Positions 1 to 9,175 of a stretch of 64,000 nt of DNA are shown here, one piece after another (position 1 is the stretch's first letter; each line of letters starts with the position of its first letter). The position numbers and the translations under genes were made by a program. Source of the stretch: an uncultured Rhodobacteraceae bacterium (lineage in GTDB: Bacteria > Pseudomonadota > Alphaproteobacteria > Rhodobacterales > Rhodobacteraceae); contig CANMKS010000001.1 in NCBI GenBank assembly GCA_947498645.1, positions 780,032-844,031 on the forward strand, written 5' to 3'. Under the pieces are notes generated by a model, which saw only the letters and a program-made list of their open reading frames with translations, searched no databases and was not told the DNA's origin.

Positions 1-1214
1 AAGACCCTGACAGCTACCCCGCCCTGTTCCTGCTTGCCGTGGCGCAGTCCGACCTTGGTCAGGACGCAGCATCGGCCCAAACGGCCGCGCGCGCCTATGA
101 CGTGGCTCCAGATGAGCAAAGCCGCCTGCAATCCGCACGGCTGGTGGCCAGGGCGCGTGGACGCCTGAAGCATTTCGTGCGGGCAGAATTCTGGCTGCGG
201 CGGGCGGCCAACCACATCTCTTCCGAAGCAGAAGCGCAGGCGGTGGTCACCGAATATGTGCGCATCACCTCTGCCAACCCGCTTTCGGTGCAACTGAACG
301 GCTCTATCGCGCCATCGGACAACGTCAACAACGGGTCTGACGAAGGCATACTTGAATTTGAGGGCATCCCGCTGACGTTCCTGTTGCCCGAAGACCGGCG
401 GGCCCTGTCAGGGATCGAATATTTCACAAGTGTGCAATTGGATTACCGGCTGTCAGAGGACGCAGCGCAACGCACGTCACTTAGCGCCGCCATGTCTGGT
501 CAGGCCTATACTCTGTCCTCCGACGCAAGGGATTTGCTCGATTCCTCACCCAACGCCGATATCCGGTCTGTCACAGGCAACGACTTCTCGACCTTTCTTG
601 CCCAGGTTGGCGCAAGCCACACCCGCAAAACACTCAGCCCGCTTGGCCCGGTTACCTTCGGTTTCAATCTCGGCAGCTACTGGTCGGGAGGCGAACGCAT
701 CGTGGATTTCACCGACTACATCGTCAGCCACAAAATCCCCGTAAACGATCGGGCATTCTACTCTCTGCGCGCCTCTGTCCGCGATCAGAACGTGCTGACC
801 GATGCGCTCGTGGATACGCTGACCTATGACCTGCGCGGCAGTTTCAGCACCGCCCTGCCCAACAATGACAGGGTCCAACTTTCCTTGACAGGGCGCAAGA
901 ACGATGCCGGGCCAGAAAGCAGCTACAAGGAATACACCACCGAAATCGGCTACGCGTTTGCCCAACCCGTCTTTGGCACCCGTTGGTCAAGCTCACTAGA
1001 GCTGGGCTACCGCAATTACCCCGTATTTGCGACAACGCTCGACGGGCGGCGCGATCATTTTGTGACCATTGGCGCTAATACCGTCTTTGAAGATATCCGG
1101 TATTTCGGCTTTTCCCCCAGCCTTGATGTGTCGGCCACACGCACCCGCTCCAACGCGGAAGAGGTTGAATCCTCAGCCCTTCAGATCCGCTTTGGGATTG
1201 TATCGAATTTCTGA
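1..1214 (+). CDS. TPR plus outer-membrane beta-barrel protein (DUF560/Slam-like surface lipoprotein assembly modifier), 5' end outside window
   Basis: Frame is open from base 3 (DPDSYPALFLLAVAQSDLG..., TPR-like helices). It continues into amphipathic beta strands and ends in a terminal Phe (RFGIVSNF), typical of BAM substrates. Confidence 0.6.
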   Translation, partial: DPDSYPALFLLAVAQSDLGQDAASAQTAARAYDVAPDEQSRLQSARLVARARGRLKHFVRAEFWLRRAANHISSEAEAQAVVTEYVRITSANPLSVQLNGSIAPSDNVNNGSDEGILEFEGIPLTFLLPEDRRALSGIEYFTSVQLDYRLSEDAAQRTSLSAAMSGQAYTLSSDARDLLDSSPNADIRSVTGNDFSTFLAQVGASHTRKTLSPLGPVTFGFNLGSYWSGGERIVDFTDYIVSHKIPVNDRAFYSLRASVRDQNVLTDALVDTLTYDLRGSFSTALPNNDRVQLSLTGRKNDAGPESSYKEYTTEIGYAFAQPVFGTRWSSSLELGYRNYPVFATTLDGRRDHFVTIGANTVFEDIRYFGFSPSLDVSATRTRSNAEEVESSALQIRFGIVSNF

Positions 1215-1265
1215 TCCGCCGCACGGCATTTGCATCTGCCATGCCAATGCACGTATGGACGCCGC

Positions 1266-2375
1266 ATGAGCGCAGCATTTGAAATTTTCATCACAGGCAC
1301 ACCGGGTCTGGAACAGGCCCTTCTGGCCGAGGTCGTGGCACATGGCTTTGCCGACCCGCAGCCAAACACCGGCGGCGTGACGATCACCGGGACTTGGGAG
1401 GACGTCTGGCGCGCCAATCTGGTCTTGCGCGGGGCCACACGGGTGTTGGCGCGGGTCGGCAGCTTCATGGCCTTTCATCTGGCGCAACTGGACAAACGGG
1501 CGCGCAAGTTTCCATGGGGTGACGTGTTGCGCGCCGACGTGCCTGTCCGGGTTGAGGTCAGCACATCAAAGAAATCCAAAATCTATCATGCCGGGGCCGC
1601 AACCCAGCGGATCGAGACGGCGCTGAAGGAAAGTCACGCGATCACCATCAGCGCGGATGCGGTCGTCACGGTGAAAGCGCGCATCGACGACAACCGGGTG
1701 ACGATCAGCGTTGATACCTCAGGGAGCAGCCTGCACAAGCGCGGCCACAAAGAGGCGGTGGGCAAGGCCCCCATGCGCGAAACCCTGGCTGCATTGATGC
1801 TGCGTGAATGTGGCTATGACGGGCAGGAACCCGTGCTGGACCCGATGTGCGGTTCAGGCACCTTCCTGATCGAGGCCGCAGAAATGGCGATGGGGTTGCA
1901 CCCCGGACGCACGCGCCAGTTCGCATTCGAGGATTTGGCGACGTTCAACGCAGATCAATGGAACACCCTGCGTCGGGAGGGTGAAACCCACAGGCCCCCA
2001 CAACATTTCCACGGCAGCGACCGCGACGCAGGCGCCATCCGCATGGCGACCGCAAACGCCGAACGCGCTGGCGTGGCAGAGCATGTCACCTTCCAGAATC
2101 TCTCGGCTGCCGACATCACCCGCCCCGAAGGCCCACCCGGCCTGATCATCTGCAACCCGCCCTATGGCGGGCGGATCGGCAATCAAAAAATGCTCTACGA
2201 TGTCTATGCCGGGTTGGGTGAGGCGATCAAACGGGAGTTCTCTGGCTGGCGGGTCGGGATCGTGACGAGCGAGGCGGGGCTGGCCAAGGCAACCGGGCTG
2301 CCGTTCAGACCAAAAGGGGCGCCAATCCCCCATGGTGGTTTGAAGGTCTGGTTGTTTCAAACCGCCCCGTTGTAG
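1266..2375 (+). CDS. THUMP-domain class I SAM-dependent RNA methyltransferase (RlmL/RlmK N-terminal-like)
   Basis: SLHKRG, APMRETLAA, LDPMCGSGTFLIEAA and NPPYG motifs. Confidence 0.85.
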   Translation: MSAAFEIFITGTPGLEQALLAEVVAHGFADPQPNTGGVTITGTWEDVWRANLVLRGATRVLARVGSFMAFHLAQLDKRARKFPWGDVLRADVPVRVEVSTSKKSKIYHAGAATQRIETALKESHAITISADAVVTVKARIDDNRVTISVDTSGSSLHKRGHKEAVGKAPMRETLAALMLRECGYDGQEPVLDPMCGSGTFLIEAAEMAMGLHPGRTRQFAFEDLATFNADQWNTLRREGETHRPPQHFHGSDRDAGAIRMATANAERAGVAEHVTFQNLSAADITRPEGPPGLIICNPPYGGRIGNQKMLYDVYAGLGEAIKREFSGWRVGIVTSEAGLAKATGLPFRPKGAPIPHGGLKVWLFQTAPL

Positions 2376-2426
2376 GTCAGCGCAGGGTGGGTGCAACCCA
2401 CGCGCCGTGTTTCCTGACCGCGATTG

Positions 2427-3062
2427 TCACCCAACCAGCGTGACAATCACGCCACCCGCTGCCTGCGCATCATCCGCGTCATGTGTGACCATCAACACCG
2501 GCAATTGCCGCGCCCGCGCGCGGTCAAACACCATATCGCGCACCTGCGCCCGCAAGGCCGCGTCCAAACGGGAAAACGGCTCGTCCAGCAGCAGCCCACA
2601 GGGTTCTGACAACAGCATCCGCATCAATGCCACGCGCGCCTTTTGCCCCCCCGATAACGTGGCCGGATCGCGGTCTTCAAAACCACTCAGACCCACCTCA
2701 TCCAAAGCCTCAGCAATCTTGGCGGCGCGCTCTGGCCTGCTACCACCGGGTTGCAAACCAAAGGCAAGGTTTGCGCCCACAGACAAATGCGGAAACAGCA
2801 GGTCATCCTGAAACAGAATGCCAACGCGACGCTGATGCGGCGCAGCGTTTGTGATGTCCTGACCATCCAGCCAAACCGCGCCGGTGGCTTGAAAATCCGG
2901 CGCCAAGGTGCCCGTAATAAAGGCCAACAAGGTTGATTTACCCACGCCCGACGGGCCCATCACCGTCAACACCTCGCCTGGTGCGATGTCATGGCTCACC
3001 GACAAAAGTGGTGCTCCATTTTTTCTGATTGTCACGTTGCGCAACGACAATCCCTTATCCAT
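2427..3062 (-). CDS. ynjD: ABC transporter ATP-binding protein (YnjD-like)
   Basis: Walker A GPSGVGKS, signature LSGGQ, Walker B LLLDEPF. Confidence 0.8.
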   Translation of the reverse strand: MDKGLSLRNVTIRKNGAPLLSVSHDIAPGEVLTVMGPSGVGKSTLLAFITGTLAPDFQATGAVWLDGQDITNAAPHQRRVGILFQDDLLFPHLSVGANLAFGLQPGGSRPERAAKIAEALDEVGLSGFEDRDPATLSGGQKARVALMRMLLSEPCGLLLDEPFSRLDAALRAQVRDMVFDRARARQLPVLMVTHDADDAQAAGGVIVTLVG

Positions 3063-4749
3063 GCCGTAGCCCTTTCCTGTTCCGCCACACCAGCGCCGGG
3101 ATCAGCAGGGCCAGCGCAAATGGCACCAAAGCCGCCCCCGTTTGCATCAACCCATAGACGCCAATCGCCCGCCTGTCGCCACCAGAAGCAAGGGCAACCG
3201 CCTCGGTCGTCAGCGTTTCAACCCGGCCTCCGCCAATCAGCAATGTCGGCAGATACTGCCCCACCGAAACCGCCAACCCAACTGCCAAGGCCGTCAGGAT
3301 CGGACGCAACAGCATCGGCAATCGGACACGCCAAAGCACCCCATTCGGGCTGGCGCGCAGGGCCGCCGCAATCGTGCCCATGCGGGTGTCCCACGCCCGG
3401 AACGGGTCAGCCAATGACAGAAACACGTAAGGCAACACAAAAACGAGATGGGCCAACATCACCGGCACGCGCCCGACATCGGCGCCAAGGCTCAGCATAA
3501 AGGTTTGCAACCCCGGCAAGAACGCCGTTTGCGGGATAAGCAACGGCAGATACAACAGCCAGACCGCGCGGGCAGAGAATGACAAACCAAAGCGATACTC
3601 GGCCTCAAGACACCCGATCGTCAGAATCAAAGCGGCCAGTGCGACCGTGACGGCGATCAGGGCGGTTTCGCCCAGCGCCTCTAACGTGCCGGGCCCAAAC
3701 CGCATCCAATTGCGCCATGTAAACGCATCCGGCAGCGCATCAGGAAAGCCCCAAAACCCTGCGAAGGACCAGATGGTCAAAACAACGAGGCCAAACAACA
3801 CGGTCAGCGCACAGATCGCGCCCGCGGCCAGCGCGCCTTGTGCGACCACCGGATCAAACCTGCCACGCGCACCAGAGGCGATCCAGCGCTGGCCAAGCCG
3901 GGCCATGGCATGTTCACACAACCGCCAGAAAATCAACGCGCCGATGACCAGTCCCAGTTGCAATAGGGCGCCCGCTGCACCTTCCAGCCGCATCGCAAGG
4001 TCAGGGTCGGACATCCATTTGATGATCTGCACCGACAGCGATGGCGGCGTGTTCGGCCCAAGGATCACGGCGACGTCCACCACGGACATCGAATAGGCAA
4101 GCACGACATAGATCGGTGGCCTGATCTGAGCATAGACGCGCGGGAACACTGTCTTGAGCCAACCGGTCAACCGCCCGTACCCCAGTGCTTGCGAAATCAC
4201 GACACTGCGTTGTGCATCCGCCTGCCCCAAAGCGGCCAAGGTGATCAGCAGCAGAAATGGGACTTCCTTGACGATCAACCCGGCGGTCATCGTCAAACCC
4301 CAGGTGTCCTGCACAATCAAAAGGTCAGGCGGGCGGTCCCAGCCGGTGACCACGGGCGACAGCAGACGTGACACCCACCCTGATGGTGCGATCAGAAAGG
4401 CAAGGCCAAAGGCCGCCGCCGCATGTGGCACGGACAAGAGCGGAGACAGCAATCGCTCTAACGCGCGAAACGGTTTTGTGCCGGACCAGCCTGCGGTGAT
4501 CAGCATCACGATGGCCAGCGAAATCCCCGTGGCAAGCAGCCCGGTCGAGATCGACAAAAGCATCGCGCGGGGCAGCCCCGCCCAATCGAACAAATCGCGG
4601 AACGGGTCCAGCGATGGCCCAGTCAGACCCGCGGCTGGCAAATGGCCGAACGCAGGCAACAGAGTGCCCCACAGACCCGCCACAACCGGCCCCAGCATCG
4701 CAAGCAGGGTCAGGATCGGCAGAACAGGAAGAAAGCGACGACGGTTCAT
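3055..4749 (-). CDS. ynjC: ABC transporter permease with two fused TM modules (YnjC-like)
   Basis: Two EAA-like loops, about 12 TM segments; lies in an operon between the binding protein and the ATPase. Confidence 0.8.
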   Translation of the reverse strand: MNRRRFLPVLPILTLLAMLGPVVAGLWGTLLPAFGHLPAAGLTGPSLDPFRDLFDWAGLPRAMLLSISTGLLATGISLAIVMLITAGWSGTKPFRALERLLSPLLSVPHAAAAFGLAFLIAPSGWVSRLLSPVVTGWDRPPDLLIVQDTWGLTMTAGLIVKEVPFLLLITLAALGQADAQRSVVISQALGYGRLTGWLKTVFPRVYAQIRPPIYVVLAYSMSVVDVAVILGPNTPPSLSVQIIKWMSDPDLAMRLEGAAGALLQLGLVIGALIFWRLCEHAMARLGQRWIASGARGRFDPVVAQGALAAGAICALTVLFGLVVLTIWSFAGFWGFPDALPDAFTWRNWMRFGPGTLEALGETALIAVTVALAALILTIGCLEAEYRFGLSFSARAVWLLYLPLLIPQTAFLPGLQTFMLSLGADVGRVPVMLAHLVFVLPYVFLSLADPFRAWDTRMGTIAAALRASPNGVLWRVRLPMLLRPILTALAVGLAVSVGQYLPTLLIGGGRVETLTTEAVALASGGDRRAIGVYGLMQTGAALVPFALALLIPALVWRNRKGLRHG

Positions 4750-4756
4750 AAGCAAA

Positions 4757-4783
4757 GCAGTCCCGGATCAAATCCGGGACTGC
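4757..4783. repeat. REP-like perfect hairpin GCAGTCCCGGAT-caa-ATCCGGGACTGC
   Basis: 12-bp perfect inverted repeat between the SBP and permease genes. Shares the CCCGGATCA-N-ATCCGGG core with 21075-21103. Confidence 0.7.
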
Positions 4784-4804
4784 GTGGTTCCACTTTTGAC
4801 ACGC

Positions 4805-6004
4805 TTACTCGGACACACCGAAGCGGGTCATCCAGTCATCGGCGATGCGCGTCGCCCAGCTTGGATGCGGCTCTGCCTGCACGGTGCCCAGCTCAGCAGG
4901 CGACAGCGTCGCAACACCCAGCTCAAGCGCGTCAAACAGCGCGCGGTCATCATCCGACAGGGCCGCCATGTTCAAAACTGTGCCATAGCCCAAAATCTCC
5001 GGGTCTTGCGCGCGCGCCTGTGCCTCTGGTGACATCAGGAAATTGGCCACGACCATCGCACCTTCCTTTGAGCCCGAATTGTAAGGAATCGCCACGAAGG
5101 ACGCGTTGCCAATGGTGCCTTTGTCCAGCACGAAAGTGCGGATGGATGGTGGCAGTTCGTTGTTGGCAATCGCGGTAGAGGCGGCACCGGGGCTAAACGA
5201 AATCGACAGGTCCAGTTCGCCATCCGCGATCAACGGAAACATGGCAGTGCCGGTGGCCGGATAGGCTTTGCCTTCACGCCACAGGTTCGGCGTCAATTCT
5301 TCCAGATAGGCCCAAAGCGGGGCGGTTACGGCGTCATAGTTCTCATCCGTGGCCGGATCGGCCAGCACAGATGGATCCGGCAGGATATCAACCAGCACCT
5401 GCTTGAGGAATGTCGTGCCAAGGAAATCCGGCGGCTGGGGATAGCTGAAGCGGCCCGGATTGGCAGCCGCCCAGTCTTGCAGTGCCTGCATAGAGCCCAA
5501 ACGGTCGGGCATGTCAGCAGTATCATGGACAAAAACAACCTGCGCCATGGCCCAAGGGCTTTCGAAACCCTCAACCGGCACGGTGAAATCGGTCTGCACG
5601 GTCTTGCCTTCGGCATCAACAACAGCCCAGTTCGGCAATTGCTCGGCATAGGGGCCAAACAGCAGATCAGCCTCTTTCATCGCGGCGAAATTGGCACCGT
5701 TGATCCAGATCATATCAATGGCACCATCATCATTCTCGCCCGCCTGCTTTTCAGACAGAACACGGGTGACGGCGTCGGCAGTATCGGTCAGCTTCACATG
5801 CTCTAGTGTGACGCCATAGTCTGCCATCACACGCTCGCCGACCCATGCGATAAAGTCGTTGGTCGTCGTCGAGCCGCCCCACGCATTCCAATAGACGGTC
5901 TGGCCGTCAGCCGCTGCTGTCACAGCGTCCCAATTTGCGGGGTCAGTGTCGGCCAATGCAGGCACCGGGGCCAGCAAAGCGGCCAGAATGGCAAGATGTT
6001 TCAT
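4805..6004 (-). CDS. ynjB: ABC transporter substrate-binding protein (YnjB-like)
   Basis: Signal peptide; GQTVYWNAWGG, DMIWING, YPQPPDFLGTTFLKQ and IGNASFVAIPYNS segments typical of the YnjB family. Confidence 0.8.
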   Translation of the reverse strand: MKHLAILAALLAPVPALADTDPANWDAVTAAADGQTVYWNAWGGSTTTNDFIAWVGERVMADYGVTLEHVKLTDTADAVTRVLSEKQAGENDDGAIDMIWINGANFAAMKEADLLFGPYAEQLPNWAVVDAEGKTVQTDFTVPVEGFESPWAMAQVVFVHDTADMPDRLGSMQALQDWAAANPGRFSYPQPPDFLGTTFLKQVLVDILPDPSVLADPATDENYDAVTAPLWAYLEELTPNLWREGKAYPATGTAMFPLIADGELDLSISFSPGAASTAIANNELPPSIRTFVLDKGTIGNASFVAIPYNSGSKEGAMVVANFLMSPEAQARAQDPEILGYGTVLNMAALSDDDRALFDALELGVATLSPAELGTVQAEPHPSWATRIADDWMTRFGVSE

Positions 6005-6016
6005 AAGTGTCGTCCT

Positions 6017-6625
6017 TTAGTTCGTGTATATTTTCTTGGCGGCGTAGATCCGCAAGGTAGCGGTCGCAAAGCACAGGGCACCAAAGCCCCATGCCAGCGG
6101 CGAGAAGTAGCCGGGCAGCAGACACAGCAGAACGAAAAACACAATCGTCTCTGTCCCTTCCAGAATGCCGTTGGAGTAATAGAGCGACTTTTGCCCTTGC
6201 GCATCGGTCTTGTGGCCATGCTTTTCAGCAAGGATCGCATAGCCCAGAAAGCTGGTTCCGTTAAAGTAGAACGCGGTGAGCAGGAAGGCACCGGCTGCGC
6301 CGTTCGCGGCCGGGTCACTAAGGACAAACGCCATCGGAATCGCCCCATAGAACAGAAAATCCACCGCGATATCGAGATATCCGCCAAAGTCGGTCTTGTG
6401 GGTCGCGCGGGCGACGGCCCCGTCCAATCCATCGGCCAGACGGCTGGCCAATAGCGGGATCAGTGCCCAGCCGGGCAGGCCCACAGCAATCAGCAAAGCG
6501 GCAAAAAGGCCAAGCCCCAGCCCGATCAGCGTCACCCCATCCGCCGTAAACCCACGCGCGGCCAGCGTTGCACCGATATGGTTCAACGGCGGGTCGATGA
6601 TCTGGCGGGCGTGGCGGTCTAGCAT
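6017..6625 (-). CDS. ynjF: CDP-alcohol phosphatidyltransferase family protein (YnjF-like)
   Basis: Signature DGLDGAVAR-x7-GGYLD-x3-D. Confidence 0.85.
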   Translation of the reverse strand: MLDRHARQIIDPPLNHIGATLAARGFTADGVTLIGLGLGLFAALLIAVGLPGWALIPLLASRLADGLDGAVARATHKTDFGGYLDIAVDFLFYGAIPMAFVLSDPAANGAAGAFLLTAFYFNGTSFLGYAILAEKHGHKTDAQGQKSLYYSNGILEGTETIVFFVLLCLLPGYFSPLAWGFGALCFATATLRIYAAKKIYTN

Positions 6626-6727
6626 ACGGTCAGGTCCAAAGGTCGCCTTCTTGTGACCGATGCGATCGTTTGAAGCAATTCACCTGACAGGAATGTGAGA
6701 GAGTCCACCTCGATTGACACAATCACC

Positions 6728-8731
6728 CTATTCAGAGGCAATCCGGGGCCGACCACTGGCCTCAACCCGCATCGTTGCCTCAATGAACATCGCGCGGCCC
6801 TCGATATCAATTTCCGAGATGTCGCTGCTGACGGAATACCGAATATCCTCGACACCCGACGCCCGCACACGGGTCTCGGCTTGTGTGCGCAGATGTGTTT
6901 CCAGCGCCGCCAATGCCTGATCCTTGCTGGCGTAGACTTGTGGCCCATCCGGCAAATGGACCGAAAATGCGCCTTCGCCTGCGCTGCTGACCGTGCCGGT
7001 TGCCTGCATCTGCACTTGCCCCACCACGGCCCCAATCGCATTGGCCACGCCGCCGTGTTGCGGCAGCACCATCGACGTGCCCAAACGCTGACCAACCGCA
7101 CCGTAATATGTTGCAGCAGAGGCCCCAAGCCCCACAACAGGCACACCCAGTGACATCTGCATGCGCACCAGACCCTGATGACCGTCGAGCCCTGCCCGCG
7201 TAAGCGGATGCCGGGCCAGGTCAGCAGGATCACTCCAATCGCGGTCATCTTCGGCAAATGCGGCCTGCAACAGAAAATCCACCGTCTGCGCCGTCAGTTG
7301 ATCCACAATCTGCTGCGCCAAATTAGCCGCATCCGGCGCAAGCCGCTCGCCCGCGCCGGTACGACGGCGCGCGAAAAGCGTCAACGCCTTCTCTGCCGCC
7401 TCTGCATCCCACGCCGATGCAAGACCAAGCGTATGGGCCGCGTCTGATGGTGTGACGCCCGCCAATATCACCTGCCCGCGCGCCACCATGCGGACCAATG
7501 CGGGATCTTCGGGGCGTGATTGCACTGCATGTCCCATCCGCAGCGGGCCATCCGCCAAACGCTGGGCGACCGCCTGTTCACGCGGGTCCAATCCTTCTGG
7601 CAGAGCGTCCCACAAAGGAATGGCGAACTGCCCGCCATCACTGGCCGGAATATCCTGCGCCAAGCCGCGATCAAGGGTCTGATGCACCAACTCCGGAAAA
7701 TGCTGCGCTGCCAGCGATATCGGCATCAAACGGCGGGGACCAAGGCGCAACCCGCCGTTCAGCCCTTCAACCACATGGACCTCGCTGTCACCGCCCAGCC
7801 CGGTAGTGCGCATTGCCACCGCCTCGACCATTGTGCGGAACGGGCCGACGCGCGCGCCTTGCGGATCAATCTTGGGACGGCCATCGCGCAGCATGCAGAC
7901 GTCCGTGGTTGTACCCCCAATGTCGCTGACCAGCGCATCGGTTTCACCACTCAGCCAACTGGCGCCGGCGATCGAGGCCGCAGGCCCACTCAGGATCGTT
8001 TCAATCGGTTTCTCGCGGGCCACATCAGCCGCGACAAGCGCACCATCACCGCGCACAACCATCAAGCGGGCCGGAATACCGACATGCGCCAGATGCGTCT
8101 CGCACGCTGTGATCAACCGATCAATCATACCAATCAGGCGGGCATTCAAAACAGCCGTGAGCGCGCGTTTCGGGCCGCCCAGCGCCTGGCTCAACTCGTG
8201 GGAACAACTCACCGGTTTGCCGGTCATATCGCGGATCATATCGCGGGCGGCAACTTCGTGGGCCGGATTGCGGGTGGCAAAGCTGGCCGCAACGGCAAAG
8301 CCAGTGATCCCCGGCTCCAAGGCATCCAACCCCGCCTCAAGCGCTGACAAATCAAGGGCAGCCGCTTCACCACCCGCGTGGTTGTGGCCACCGGCAAGAC
8401 TAATCACCGGATCGCCGCGCAAGGCCTCTGTCAGCCCAGCGCGGCCCAGATCCGCCTGATCAAACCCAATCGCAATCAATGCCACGCGGCCACCTTGGCC
8501 TTCGACCAACGCATTGGTGGCAAGGGTTGTCGACAATGACACCATCGCAATGTCGGCAGGCGCTATTTCGGCCTTTGCCAATGTCGTGTCAATCGCCTCC
8601 CCAACGCCGGTCGCCAAATCAGGACGCGAGGTCAGCGCCTTTGCCGAGGCAACAACGCTGTCGGTCGCCTCATCAATAATGACGGCGTCGGTATAGGTGC
8701 CGCCGGTATCTACACCCAGAAGGTAAGTCAT
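6728..8731 (-). CDS. Hydantoinase/oxoprolinase family protein (HyuA-like, no B subunit nearby)
   Basis: GVDTGGTYTD, STTLATNALVEG, TILSGPAAS and SDIGGTTTD motifs. Confidence 0.85.
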   Translation of the reverse strand: MTYLLGVDTGGTYTDAVIIDEATDSVVASAKALTSRPDLATGVGEAIDTTLAKAEIAPADIAMVSLSTTLATNALVEGQGGRVALIAIGFDQADLGRAGLTEALRGDPVISLAGGHNHAGGEAAALDLSALEAGLDALEPGITGFAVAASFATRNPAHEVAARDMIRDMTGKPVSCSHELSQALGGPKRALTAVLNARLIGMIDRLITACETHLAHVGIPARLMVVRGDGALVAADVAREKPIETILSGPAASIAGASWLSGETDALVSDIGGTTTDVCMLRDGRPKIDPQGARVGPFRTMVEAVAMRTTGLGGDSEVHVVEGLNGGLRLGPRRLMPISLAAQHFPELVHQTLDRGLAQDIPASDGGQFAIPLWDALPEGLDPREQAVAQRLADGPLRMGHAVQSRPEDPALVRMVARGQVILAGVTPSDAAHTLGLASAWDAEAAEKALTLFARRRTGAGERLAPDAANLAQQIVDQLTAQTVDFLLQAAFAEDDRDWSDPADLARHPLTRAGLDGHQGLVRMQMSLGVPVVGLGASAATYYGAVGQRLGTSMVLPQHGGVANAIGAVVGQVQMQATGTVSSAGEGAFSVHLPDGPQVYASKDQALAALETHLRTQAETRVRASGVEDIRYSVSSDISEIDIEGRAMFIEATMRVEASGRPRIASE

Positions 8732-8767
8732 CGTTTAGGTACCAAAATCCCGTCCAAAAAATGCGCG

Positions 8768-9175
8768 TTACTGCGCGTCTGGTTCTGATGGCCTGAAAAT
8801 GATGAACCTGCAAATCAGATAACTCATCACGGCCGCACATCCGGCGGCCATAAGAAACAACAATGTGTCATAGACAAACACTTTTGTGACAAAACGGGTG
8901 GTGATCACTGACACCAGCGTCAGGCTTGCAACCTGCGTCGCAACATACTTCAGCATCGCCGAGCGGCCAGATTGATCTGCCCGAAACGCAAACCTGCGCT
9001 GCGCCCAAAATGCCGGTGGAATGCAACACAGATACACCACTACACTGGTCGGAAAAGGCGGCGTATCGACAAAGCGGATCAGGGCCGATGTCGTGACCGC
9101 GTAGATAAGGCTAAAACTGCCCCCAACCACGAGAAAGCGGATAAAAGCACCGATATGGCCTGCATTTTGGTTCAA
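8768..9175 (-). CDS. GtrA-family flippase
   Basis: 135 aa with 4 TM segments; RFLVVGG start and RRFAF motif. Confidence 0.8.
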   Translation of the reverse strand: MNQNAGHIGAFIRFLVVGGSFSLIYAVTTSALIRFVDTPPFPTSVVVYLCCIPPAFWAQRRFAFRADQSGRSAMLKYVATQVASLTLVSVITTRFVTKVFVYDTLLFLMAAGCAAVMSYLICRFIIFRPSEPDAQ

